The notes: generated from the sequence alone by a model not told the origin. DNA of 64,000 nucleotides from Octopus sinensis (GCF_006345805.1 NC_043001.1:15128001-15192000); one strand, 5' to 3'. Shown: positions 50,046 through 62,782, counted from the first letter of the stretch. Program-made: numbers and translations.

Positions 50046-52109
50046 ATCAGTATAAATATTAGAAGATATTTCATACGCATTGTTTCCACCATTATTTATT
50101 TGAAAAGTGAATGAACACAGAAAAAAATTATTCAATCACCACTAATTATATTTAGCAATGGCATCAATCTGTTCAATAGCTGTTGCTGTTGATATCCAAG
50201 TACACAACCATCCTAGACTACATAAAAAAAAAAAAACTACCATCAGGGTGATTGGCAAACCTTCAATTGCTAACATACTGGAGCATATCCCACTGACAGT
50301 CTGTCACCACACACTGTCTGTGACAATGACAATGTCTGCTCTTTGGAACTAGCTGGTTATATACACCTCTGACACACTTGTCTCACTTTTTTTTCATCAC
50401 CCATAATATATCCCCCTGTCAAGGCCCCTTTACTATGCCCAATCCTTTTTCATTAGAATGTCAAACCTACTCATGTTTTCCCAGTAGATGTCAATTTAGA
50501 GATGTTGAAGTTGAACATCAACTGCATCAGTCTCACTTGTCCCAAAGGGTTTACAAAACCCATCAGTACAACCCTTCTTTCTTCAATAAGCTTTTTGTTA
50601 AAAAAAGAAAGAAAAACTAATTTTGACAGAGGCAGTGCGCATTCATATTCAGGTGCGGGGAAAGAAAAAAAAACTAGCTTTCTACATACAATTTTATCAC
50701 CAGTGAAATCAATTACACGAAAATATCATTTCAGAACCTTTTAACAAAGAAAAAAAATATAACATTTTAAGTAAACTTGTTTGAAGTGAAGAATAATTTT
50801 TATGACTGAGCTGAAAATTGAACAAACTAATTTACAGTTAATTTCTAGAAGTTGTTTGAGAACCAAAAATTTGCAGCATCAGTAATTTTGCTGAATAAGA
50901 ATATTTTTTCTTTAATGTATCTGCATAACTCTTAGCATTTTTCAGGCCTCTTTTTCCTTTCTTTTTCTCTTCATGTCAATTTGTTTTTGCCATTTATTTC
51001 AAGATAACTACAGAAGATTAGAATTTCTCTCCACAGTAAAAGAATGTTGTTGAATTTACTTCAAATAATTAATGGATAATTTGGAGATATCTGTTTATTA
51101 GTAATTGAGTTTGCCATTTTGTGTTGTAAAAAGGTCATCTGTACAGCAAAAGTTCATAGTTTGTGCAACCAAAACTTACTGAGCTTCAAGACCTACTTCT
51201 GTAGATTTCTACACTATTCATGACAAACCTATTTTAGAGCATGGCTAATTACACACACTTCACCCAATCTGGCCACCCCACTTTCTATTTTATTTTCTGA
51301 TTTTAACTCAGTTCTTTATTTATATTTCTGCCACTATTTTCTTCAAAGATCAGCAACATATTAACTTAATTTGGTATGGAAATTAAACAATTCTCATATG
51401 CATATATGCACTCTCTTTCACAGGCATACAGTTCCTTGAACAGCTCGAGAACTTAGACATTTATTTTCTTTTTTTTAAAACTGCTTGCTTTTTCAAAGTA
51501 ATTAAATATTTATTCATAATTGACTTAACTTCTGTAATTTAAAAAAATTATAAAATAAAATACTATATAGATTTAATTTATAAAATATTGTACTTTCAAG
51601 AGATTAGTGAGAGGTCATGAAAAAGCTATCCTCAACCCAGAAACCAGGCTTGAATGTTTGTAACCGACTGGACTTCCTTAAAGGCAACCACAGACCGGGC
51701 AGTGGTATGGTGGCAGTGTTAAACTGGGCAACGGGTATTTTTCTAGCATCCAAAAAACATGGCTGGCTTTCATAACTTCCTTCAACCAAATTTTACTTAC
51801 AAGCTTTGGTTGCCCTGAGTTAGACAACACTTGCCTCGGGTGCTACAAAGTAAGACGTAGTATCAAAGTTGTGTGTGTCTGCATGAGTATATGTGTATTT
51901 GTAGACCATTAAATTGATATATACAGCTTGATGCAGGCATCTAAGTAGACATTCTTGATCTCCTGAAGAAACAAAGCAAAAGTAGTGATAGTTCAAGAAT
52001 TGGTCCAAGCTTTCACTTAAACAATACAAGACATTAGTCTTGGACAATGGCAAACATAAATAAAATTCAGGAATAACTGAGCAACTGTTTCTTTTTTTTT
52101 TATCAATAC

Positions 52110-52482
52110 GTGTGCAGGAGTGGCTGTGTGGTAAGTAGCTTGCTTACCAACCACATGGTTCTGGGTTCATTCCCACTGTGTGACACCTTGTGAAACCGTC
52201 TTCTACTATAGCCTCGGGATGACCAAAGCATTGTAAGTGGATTTGGTAGATGGAAACTGAAAGAAGCCCATCGTATACATGTATGCATGTGTATATGTTT
52301 GTGTGTCTGTGTTTGTCCCCCAACATCGCTTGACAACCGATGGTGGTGTGTTTATGTCCATGTAACTTAGCGGTTCAGCAAAAGAACCAATAGAATAAGT
52401 CCTGGGGTCGATTAGCTCGACTAAAGGTGATGCTCCAGTATGGCTGCAGTCAAATGACTGAAACAAGTTAAAGAGTAAAAGA
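52110..52482 (+). mobile_element. SINE family A copy
   Basis: gtgcaggagtggctgtgtggtaag head to taaaagag tail. Confidence 0.85.
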
Positions 52483-54213
52483 GACATGTACATCACACAA
52501 CATTATGGAAAATTTAAAAAAAGCCATATTCATATCAATATGGTGGCCTATACTTAATAGGAAGTACAAAAGAAATAACAATGACCCTACCACCACCAAT
52601 CTGTAGATATAAACCCCCACCCCTCATATAGATTTATTCATGTGCCCACATTTGTGCATGCATGTCTGTGCATGTGTGGGCCAGTGTGTGCATGGATTCA
52701 ATTATGGGATTGATGAATAGAGTGGTGATCATATACTGTGGCCAATGTGGTTGAATGGTTATCCTCATTCCTCATTTCCAGCCTTGTCTCTATGCTGGGA
52801 ATGAGTCTATGTATATGTAGACATAAAAAAAATAAGGAATTAGCATTCCCACCATCAGCAGACCCAGGATATGCAAGCCATTCAACCACTATGTGTTGTT
52901 GGATGCACAAATGTATGCATGTGTATACACACACACACACTTGACTGTATGCATGTGTGTGTGTGTGAGGTTGCTCATGAATGCATCAGGTAGTATGTAA
53001 TCTGGTACTATCTGTTGTACATTTGGGTCATACAAAACAAAAATGGGTCCCCAAAGGACTTGTGTGTAAGATGGCTTGCTAGAATAAGTACATATCTGTG
53101 AATAAATTCATTATTTCCTTGAGAGATAGCAATAATAGGAAGATGTGCAGCCAGGAACTGCGACTAGAAGGCTTATAGGTGTGGGTACATACATGCACAC
53201 ACACGCACACAATGTTCTCACAGAAACTGACCAAAAATGTAAAAAAATCAAAACCCCAACAGACCACATGTAAATCTCCACCCACTTGCCATTACACATG
53301 CACGTTCACACATTTCCTTACTCTCCAAAAAGTATAAATACAGTAGCAAAACTCAAGAGATCCAGATAAGATACAACATAACAGACTTGGGGAACTGAAG
53401 GTATGTCATTGATGAGGTTGTAAATGGTGACAAAAGGACCCTTAAAAATGAAAGGATTCACTAATTGATTGAATGATTAATCAAGCAATCAGTTAATTAG
53501 CTAGATGACTGATGACAATAAAAAGTAAAATAGAGACAGTGCATGTATTTTTATTGGTAAAATGACTCTCCAAGATACAACAACATCTGTTTCAACACAC
53601 GATTTCACATCAAGGATTTTGCAAAACAAATACAAAAATGAAACCTTCTTTAAAAATATGCCAAAACTATTTAAGCTCTGTCTTAAAAGAAAAAAAAAAA
53701 GAAACAAGACCACCTGGCACCCATTCTAAAGAAAAACTTAGAATTAATATCCTCCATCCATCTCGTGTATTAAAAAAGATACCCTCTTTCAAACATCATT
53801 AAACACTGCTGAGTCTTAATGTAACCAACAAACCTGGTTGTCATCACATGTCAGCCCATCTAGCTATTATTACTACCTCGGCTTTGTGTTCACTGATGAT
53901 TTCAGACATCCACCAGGATACCTAGATGAAACCAGGGGATGTGTGTAATAGTCTACACTCATGTGTCAACAAATTTATATTAAGTATATTTAATGTTTTT
54001 GAATGTAAAAACCATAAGCATACAAACTGTGTGTTTGTATGAGTATGAGACATTATAAACAACAATTTTAGACAGAGAGGAAAGGAACAGGCCCACTGAT
54101 AGAAGTGGAGCACTATGTATCTGTGGTGTGTGTGTGTGTGTTTTGTAGCAGTAGTACCAAGCCTTGCCAAAGTTTACTTATACCTAAAAATAAATGTAAT
54201 CATACAAACTCAC

Positions 54214-54297
54214 TATATGCTGGTAAAAAATAGGTTTTTGAGGGAAAATTGCTGGCAACATTTAGTTGATCTGGAAATGCTGATGCACTCTGGACTG
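54214..54297 (-). CDS. Putative 84-nt exon of an unidentified gene
   Basis: Acceptor ttttactgcag, consensus donor TATA|gtgagt. Open only as phase 1-1: VQSASAFPDQLNVASNFPSKTYFLPAY, frame-compatible with the acidic reading of 58966-59046. Confidence 0.4.
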
Positions 54298-54831
54298 CTG
54301 CAGTAAAACCTATTGGAAAATAGTTCAATACACTAAATAAATAAATAAAAATATAAAATAATAGTAAGCTAACAAATATAGAATAAGCTAGATTTCTTAA
54401 TATGCGTGCTAATTTACATAATTATTGCAAATAAATTTCTAGGTCAGCCTGCTAGAAATAGCAGTTGAGTTAAATCTGCCTACATGCACCCAACCTCCAA
54501 CTATCTCAAAGAATAAAAACAGAAGAATATACTAGATACCTTACTCTTAAACATAATATCGGAAGAGTGGGCATGGTTGGAACTAGCTTTGATCATAAGT
54601 TTGATGGATCAGTTCTGATCTGGAGCTAAATGGGTAGAATGTAACAATTAAGTTCAATGCTGTATAATCTATGAGTTGTAGATATCATGTGGAGGTACAG
54701 TTCATTGCTTGTAGTGGATAAGATAGCATGTATAATTTATCAAGTGCATTTCAACAGTTTGTAGTGCTGATCCTCAACTTCTACCTTGAGTAAAAGCCAC
54801 AAAAATAAAAAATACATGCACACAACACAAG

Positions 54832-55152
54832 GGTAAGTAGCTTACTTACCAACCACATGATTCCAGGTTCAGTCCCACTGCATAGCATCTTGGGCAAGTG
54901 TCTTCTACTATAGCCTCAGGCCCACCAAAATGGATTTGGTAGATGGCAACTGAAAAAAGCTCATCATATATGTGTGTGTGTATGTATGTCCCAACATCAC
55001 TTGACAACCGATGCTGGTGTGCTTACATTCCCGTAACACAGCGGTTCGGGTAAAGTGACTGATAGAATAAGTACTAGGCTTACATAGATTTGCTCAACTA
55101 AAGGTGGTGCTCCAGCATGGCCGCAGTCAAAATGACTAAAAGAATAAAAGAA
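54832..55152 (+). mobile_element. SINE family A copy
   Basis: Family A homology. Confidence 0.8.
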
Positions 55153-55279
55153 TACCACAAATGACTCACATCATTATACCAGTATAGCTTGGTTAAGCTG
55201 TACATTAAAGTAATCTAGAACAAGGCAACACCAATGTCCTCTCAATGATTAGCCAGAGATTATTTTTAAAATGAGAATA

Positions 55280-55663
55280 TCTCTCTCTATATAAACGGCA
55301 GTTTGTCTGTGCGTTTTCTGTGTGTCTGTTTTCTCGTACCCTCACCCTGACCACGGCTTTCAACCGATTCTGATGAAACTTGACACACACATAGCCCAAT
55401 GTCATAATTCAAAACTAACGCAGCGAAAATTTTGAAAAGTTCCCCCAGTTCTGAAAAAAATCGATAAATTCGACATGGGGTCGAGAATCAGAAACCCAAA
55501 CCACAGACCGTCTAGGGGACGCAACTCCACCTTTTTTAACTCTCAAAAAAAATTTACCATCATTTTTTTTCCATTTTTTTTCTATTTTTTGGCTATAACT
55601 CTCTAAAAATGCTTTATAGTTATTTCCCTTACAAACCTGAGCAACGCCGGGCGATACTGCTAG
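55280..55663 (+). mobile_element. Non-autonomous Helitron
   Basis: Starts A|TC (tctctctctatataaa), ends with subterminal hairpin cctgagcaacgccggg then CTAG|T; no TSD; CpG-rich, so young. Confidence 0.85.
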
Positions 55664-55734
55664 TCTGAAATAAACTCGAATGCTCTAACAAACGAGAATA
55701 CTAAAAATGAACCCGATCGCTCTCAAAAATTAAG

Positions 55735-55938
55735 TAAAACAACAGGAAAAATAATCCAGAATCCTTGTCTGGTAATGGATCAATCCCCAAATTTAATCAG
55801 TTCGTGCCAGTCATGAAGCCAAACATCCCTGAAAGTTTCATCCAAATCCATCCAGCAGTTCTTGAGATATCTTGTCCACAGACAAACAAACAAACACGAC
55901 TGAAAACAATACTTCTGCCTTCGCTAAGGTGGAGGTAA
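55735..55938. mobile_element. DINE-1/Helentron-like non-autonomous element
   Basis: aagtttcatccaaatccatccagc core, (caaa)n microsatellite, terminal hairpin ctgccttcgctaaggtgg. Confidence 0.5.
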
Positions 55939-56139
55939 CAAGAGTGTGTCGGTATATTGTTTATTTTGCTTCAGTCAGTTACACACTGCGAGGGCGAGTA
56001 CAATTGGCCATCTAAATCTTACTAGCTTAGCCTGCAGCGAAGTTCCTGGCTACAATTCATCTGTTATCAGCCCAATGGCAGTGCCTTACACCAGCATATA
56101 GTACAGTTCCTCAAACAATGTAGCATCACATATAATATA

Positions 56140-56812
56140 CATGCTTCATCTATGCCCTTCTTCATCTCTCTCTGGTACTCTGTCAGTTATGACAACAAGG
56201 GTCCACTTGATCCAAACAGCAGAACAGCCTGTTTGTGAAATTAACATGCAAGTGGCTGAGTACTCCAAAGTCACGTGTACCCTTAATGCAGTTCTCGGGG
56301 ATTTTCAGCATGAATCAATGGAAATTGTAGTTGTAATCCCTGTGCCGGTGGCACGTAAAAAGCACCATCCAAATGTGGCCGATGCCAGCACTGCCTTGAC
56401 TGGCTTCCGTGCTGGTGGCACGTAAAAAGCACCAATCGATCGTGGCTGTTGCCAGCCTCGCCTGGCACGTAAAAAGCACCCACTACACTCACGGAGTGGT
56501 TGGTGTTAGGAAGTGCATCCAGCTGTAGAAACACTGCCAGATCAGACTGGAGCCTGGTGCAGCCTTCTGGCTTCCCAGATCCCGGTCGAACCGTCCAACC
56601 CATGCTGGCATGGAAAACGGACATTGAACGATGATGATGATGACAGGATGTAACAAGGCTGGCCCTTTGAATTACTGGTACCACTCATTTTTGCCAGCTG
56701 AGTAGATTGGAGCAGTGAGAAATAAAGTGGCTTGCTCAATAACACAACACGCTACCAGGAATTGAACTCATGACCTTATGAGCATGAGCTGAATATCGCT
56801 AACCACTAAGCA
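56140..56812 (-). mobile_element. SINE family D split by an RTE 3'-end insertion
   Basis: Head at 56812-56645, remainder at 56330-56140; the two halves are collinear with 21500-21690. Confidence 0.7.
56335..56643 (+). mobile_element. RTE 3'-end copy inserted in a SINE
   Basis: Three ggcacgtaaaaagcacc subrepeats, shared 3' UTR, (GAT)n tail. Confidence 0.8.
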
Positions 56813-58024
56813 CTTCTTCATAGGCCTTAGCAAAACCCAACCCTATCCTCATTTCTTCCCCTTCACAAATTACATCAGGGATTAAGGGAACCTAAAATAT
56901 GGGATGATCACAGCTGGAAAACCTCTGGTTATAAGCTTGTTTGAAGAGAAAGGCCAGGGCTAAACAATAACAGTAATACACTACCACACTGTACACTGCT
57001 GCCCCCATCGCCCTCACCATTCATACAACAATCTTGACAATGTTGGAGGTATCATGCAACTGATATTAACTAGCAGCAGCAGCAGTAGCAACAACAACAA
57101 CAGCAGCAGCAGTAAAAGTGAGTGGGGAATAGTTTTCTCTCTCATACTGTAGGAAATGCATTTGTAAACATATATACATATTTGGACAGATGTGCATGCA
57201 CAATGCTTATATATCAATAGCAAAAAGGTTTTAATTCACATGAACTGTGTCAATAAGTACTTATATTATTGTTTGATCTCTCTCCTTTTTGATCTCATCA
57301 GCAATACTTTAGCCAATCATGGGTACATTTTACCACAAACGCACACGCATATTAATAATAATAATAGTAATAACCAGGATTTCAATTTTTGGCACAATAA
57401 CATTGACCTCAGTGCCCAACTAGTACTCATTTTATTGACTCCCAAAAAGGATAAAAAGGCAAAGTCAACCTTGGAATAATAATAATAATAGTAACGATAA
57501 TACTCTTGTGGTTTTCTCTGTCTCAAAACATGAATGAGAAAGGGAGGGGTGATAGATAAGGAAAGAAGGAAGGAAGGGGTGATGGCAAACTGGTAGTGGG
57601 ATGATGGAAATTCTAGTGAAAAAAAAATCAAACAGCATTTCAACTCCGTGTGAGTATATGTGTGTGTATGTAAATGTGTGTGTGTGTGAGTGTGTGCAAT
57701 GGAAGTGGGATGGTGAACATTCAATGTTGAAAAGAAAAATCAAACAGCGTTTCAACTCTGTGTATTTGGTATTTACTTACCAGCTCCCATATTTAGTCAC
57801 AGCCAGCTTTATGTAGCCTTAAGTCGGACAGGAAAGAAGGAAAACTTTTAAATTCTTTTGAAGGAAACAAGCAGTCAAGGGATGTTAGTTTTGGATAGAT
57901 TTTTTGCAAAACATTTGGTAATAAAAGAATTATTTAACTAAAAACTTGGTTTTGTACTTTATATATAAAGTACTACAATTAGCCGTCATTTTTGACAGCA
58001 CAGGACCAGTTAGAGATAATAATA

Positions 58025-58445
58025 ATCTTTTCTACTAAATACCCAAGGCCTGAAGTTTTGGGGGAAGGGACTAGTTGATTACATTGACTCCTGTGTTTTA
58101 CTGGTACTTATTTTATTGACCCCGAAAGAATGAAGTTGACCTCAGTGGAATTTGAACTCAGAACATAAAGATGGGTGAAATGCTGCTAATCATTTTGTCC
58201 CATGTTCTAATGATTCTGCCAGCTTGCTGCTTTGATAATAATAATAATCCTTTGTACTATAGGCACAAGGCCTGAAATTTTGGAGGAGGGGGATAGTTGA
58301 TCACATCAACCCCAGTAGTTAACTGGTACTTAATTTATCGACCCCAAAATGATGAAAGGCAAAGTTGACCTTGGTAGAACTTGAACTCAAAATGCGAACA
58401 CGGATGAAATACTGCGAAGCATTTTGCCCAGTGTGCTAACAATTC
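58025..58445 (-). mobile_element. Two tandem SINE family B copies
   Basis: Two successive reverse-orientation copies separated by (AAT)n. Confidence 0.8.
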
Positions 58446-58965
58446 TGCCAACAGTTTGATTCAGCTCCAAGCACATTATAGTTTTGTGGGCTTGTTTAAC
58501 AAACCTAGCTCATCAGACTTAGGTAACCTAAGTTGCATGGAGCTGAATTAAATTGTTATTGATGGTAATGATAGATGTAACACCTACCAACTATGTTTGA
58601 GTGCTACTTTCTTTCATTTATCCTCTCACTCATGTGTGTGTGTGTATCAGTATATACATATATGTTTAGAGTTCATCCCTTGTGGTATGCTTGAAAATTG
58701 TAAAGAGATCTTTCATTACATGAAACCAATGGTAGCCTTGTTAAGTGACATATAAAGAATATTTATCCACCAATGCAGTGTAGAGCATTCATATGCGCTG
58801 TTTGATATTGGTGTGTGTGAGTATATATATATATAATGAACAGTTGCTACTCATGAATTTATTTAGAACAGTTCCTACCACTACTGCTACGACCATAACA
58901 GGTCACTTTTAGGTCACTTGACCATTAAAGTAGATTCCATGGACAGCTCTACTACTGGATCATAC

Positions 58966-59046
58966 CACTCTCATCTTTTTCTTTTCTTTCACCTTCTTCC
59001 TCTTCTTCTCCTTCTCCTTTGCCGTCTCCTTCCTCAGCTGCTTCTG
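58966..59046 (-). CDS. Putative 81-nt exon of an unidentified gene (acidic Glu/Gly-rich frame, or alternative Lys-rich frame)
   Basis: Acceptor gattgtttcag, donor GTG|gtatga. Open as (A)EAAEEGDGKGEGEEEEEGERKEKDES(phase 1-1) or QKQLRKETAKEKEKKRKKVKEKKKMRV (phase 0-0). Purine-rich and exon-like, no homolog recognised. Confidence 0.45.
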
Positions 59047-60194
59047 CTGAAACAATCAGACTTCAGAAGCAAACATTTCTCTGCACCCATAAACACTATT
59101 TATTCAGATTTGCTACTACCTACCTACAAAGCCTTCACAAAAGAAGAGAGAGAGGGAGAGAAAGAGAGAGAAAACGAAAATGTCCTACGTATTTGAAGAT
59201 TATGGAAATATTTACAAAACATTTCATTTAATTTTTCTTCAATTTAATTTTTTACTTGTTCCACTCTTAGTTGAAAAAGTTAAAAAGACTGAAACCAGTA
59301 CCAACCTTTACAAAATGTATTTCATGATAAAATTATTTTAAGATTTTCTACCTTATTTTCCTTACACACACACACACACAGGTGTATGCTTGCAACAAAA
59401 GCTAATGATTGACTCCATTGTTAAGCAGTGTTTCTTGCTACATTTGGCCAGTAAATCACAAACTTTGAATGAATTATCAAACTGTGTATTGCATATTTTT
59501 CTTTTGAGTATCCAATCATATGCACCCACACACAGACACACACACACACACACTCATATGTACAGCTGTTATAGTGCATACTAATCAGTAACTTCCAGTC
59601 AACTAAAATGGGTCAAGGAAAGGAATGTGACAAATGCCATAATTAAATTTCATACACCAATACTTACTAATAAGAATAAATAAGACCAATCTGCTACAAT
59701 ATAAATCAAGTGTTTAACTTTTTTCCATAACTTAGCTTTCTGATATTTGATACATCATTGTTCAAAACTCAGAAAGCTATATTAGAGACAGAAAATGAAA
59801 TAAACATAGCTAAGAAAAGGGGATACTTAGAAGGAGAGGGTAGAAAACTCACCAGAAGAATCAGGTAAGTGGCCTTGTTCGGTATATTACTGAGAAAGGA
59901 ATAGGCAGGAGCTAAGTATTAAACAATTAGTAGAAACAAAAGTTGCCGTACCAAATTAATGGTAAACCAAATTTTTAGCTTCACCAGACATACTACAACA
60001 GTTAAAAGTATGAATACAAATGAAATAAGAGCAACAGTTCCCAAGAGGATTACCTTTGAAGAATGATCAAGCATGAACATAAAATCATAAAATGCTGGAA
60101 TTCATTAAAGTTTAAAGCTTCTTAATTTATTCTGCTTTGTTAACATTATTTAACATCATTTTTATAATATAGACCAGGACTTGTCTTCTTGAAA

Positions 60195-60538
60195 TTCAGT
60201 GCCGCCTGAATGATGCTGTGCCGGTGGCACATAATAAGCACCATTCAAGCGTGGTCATTGCCAGTGATGCCTGACTGGCTTCCATGCTGGTGGCACATAA
60301 TAAGCATCATTCAAGCATGGCCAGTGTCAGTACCGCCTGACTGGCCCTTGTACCGGTGGCACATAAAAAGCATCAACTACACTCTCGGAGTGGTTGGCGT
60401 TAGGAAGGGCATCCAGCTATAGAAACATTGCCAGATCAGATTGGAGCCTGGCGCAGCCTTCTGGCTTGCCAGCCCTCAGTCAAACTGTCCAATCCATGCC
60501 AGCATGGAAAGCGGACGTTAAACGGTGATGATGATGAT
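60195..60538 (+). mobile_element. RTE 3'-end copy
   Basis: Three subrepeats plus the shared tail gcatggaaagcggacgttaaacggtgatgatg. Confidence 0.8.
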
Positions 60539-61778
60539 AAGTGCAGGACTGAAAAACAGCCTAGTCAACTGGTTTAAAATATGGTTCTCCCATTTAATTG
60601 AGAGAGAGAGAGAACCTCTATGTGGTTACTTGTCTAAATACCCCTCCAATCAGTCCCTTCCAAACTAACGAAGGAAAGTTTGGGTAAGGATTATAGTCTC
60701 GGGTACGCAATACCCGAATGCAATGGAGTGGTTTTGGTTGGAAAGCTTTTCTTCTCAGATCTATTCATTTTATGTTGACATGGGACTAAGTAACAACAGT
60801 ACAATTGCTGATGTTAAATGAAGATGAAATTTATAGAAAAGCTTGTTTTCCTCAATATAGAAATAAGTATTATAAGAGGAACATATAATAATTTTGATAG
60901 TGCAAGTCAGTGAGATGCATACAGCAGACAACAGCATAGATGCAGAGGACAACAGCATAAACCCAAGGCTGGAAAAAGGGAAGGAGGATGACCATTCAAC
61001 CAGAGAAGGACAACAGAGGATACTGTAGGAACTGAAGAGGGACCCATTGGATGTGGTGTGTTAGATGGAGAGAGTGATATACAAGAAGTTCACAAGTGAC
61101 ACCAGAGAATTTCCCACGGTTATCATCTGCATGAAGAGCATAGAGTTAAGTGCAGATTACCATAAACAAGAGAGAAATTTCAAGCAATCAAAAATTAATA
61201 AATGCAGATATACAAAGACTAAATGGGGCATCAAAGTTATTGATTCATGTGTGAAGGTCAGATGAAGGAGCTAATGAACAATTTTACCAGCTGGGTGTAA
61301 AGAATTTTGTAATGCAGGAATACCTATGATAGGGGCTGACCATAAAGAACTCTGGAGGAAATGACGTCATCAGATTTGAGGCCAGTGCCCCACTGTAGAT
61401 AAAATGTGAAAGATAAGAAATATAAAGAAGTTAACTTTACACACTGAGCCAATGCAAAAGAAAAAAATTGTTATGATGAGAAGATGTTAAATGATGGTGA
61501 TGATGATGAACATGGGAAGACAACTATGTCAGTTTTCAAGCCATTTTCCCTATTTTAGTTGTGCCATTGACACAACATTTTAATCAGAATTTTCTTTAAG
61601 CACTTTTAGGTGATAATCTTGAGATAGTTTAGGGATTGAACCTGTTATAACATATGAACATAATAATAAATACAAACATCTGTATAAACACAGCTAAAAG
61701 CAAACACAAACAATACCATATCATTGTTTATAATTTATTATTGCTAGAAACAGGGCTATGAGGTTCATGAGAGAAATG

Positions 61779-62069
61779 ACTGTTGCTGCTTCATGTAGAA
61801 ATCCATGCAAGCAGAGTCACAATCACCATCATGATAACAAAGACAAACAATGGTTAAAATTTTTTGGAGCCATTTATTTTCTACTCGTACGTAACATCGC
61901 GCAGGTGTACCGCGTGTATATACAAATGTATGGCAAGTGTATGCTTGCACGATGTTATGTACGAGTAGAAAATAAATGGCTCCAAAAATTTAAACCATTG
62001 TTCAGTTTTGTTATCATGGTGGTGATTGTGACTCTGCTTGCCTGGATTTCTACACGAAGCAACAACAGT
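61779..62069. repeat. 291-bp foldback palindrome (arms ~127 bp)
   Basis: 61779-61905 is the reverse complement of 61944-62069 at roughly 90% identity. Confidence 0.95.
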
Positions 62070-62664
62070 AAAAAAAACTTTGTTGGCTCATCATCCTAGA
62101 AGCAGCAGAAAATTGGTCATACTGGTACAAAGCCACATTAGCAGTGACATGAAATAACCAAAGAAGAACATTCAGGGATGACAGCAGGTTTTCTGAGATA
62201 TAGACAGACACAAAAGGGACCCCCCCCACCCCTTTTCCTGAAAACAAAACAACCTCGATCCCAGATGCAAACTGAAAGTGACTCGTTTCTGACAAGTTGT
62301 GAAAACTAAAACTAAATAGTAATGCAGTAGACTTATCATTGGGGATAACAATGACAAAGACCAAGAGGAATGGTAAAGTACTACACACGAAACCCAGCTG
62401 ACCAATAACTGCTAAGAACCACGAAACATTGTTGTCAGCAATTATGACAATTACAGTGCTAATGGAATAATTCTTGTTTCCAATTTTAATACTGCTTTCT
62501 GTTAAAAATCCTTTAATAACCAATATCTTAATCTAATTAAATGTTTTCAATGTTGAACTTTGAAATGTTAATATTCCACAACAAATTTTCAAAGATTATG
62601 AGCTATATTGTATAAGCATTACTTAATCTTATAAATCTGTTTTTGAAAACATTTTTTCCTTTTA

Positions 62665-62782
62665 TTGTGTCTAGGGAGAGTTATTTTCTTTTTGTGCCTT
62701 ATAATTGAACACACTGGTAAAATTACCACTGAGTGTGTTAAATTATAAGGCACAAAAAGAAAATGACTCTCCCAAGACACAA
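62665..62782. repeat. 118-bp quasi-palindrome
   Basis: ttgtgtctagggagagttattttctttttgtgccttataattgaacacact pairs with agtgtgttaaattataaggcacaaaaagaaaatgactctcccaagacacaa (3 mismatches). Confidence 0.95.

Noticed and set aside
52747-52889. 12-bp inverted repeat gtggttgaatgg/ccattcaaccac as a MITE
   Set aside because: No TSD, no second copy in the window, and short enough to be incidental.
62050-62523. 157-aa hydrophobic minus-strand ORF as a membrane protein
   Set aside because: Hydrophobicity follows from being antisense to an A-rich tract; no recognisable domain or splice support. It cannot be fully excluded without RNA data.
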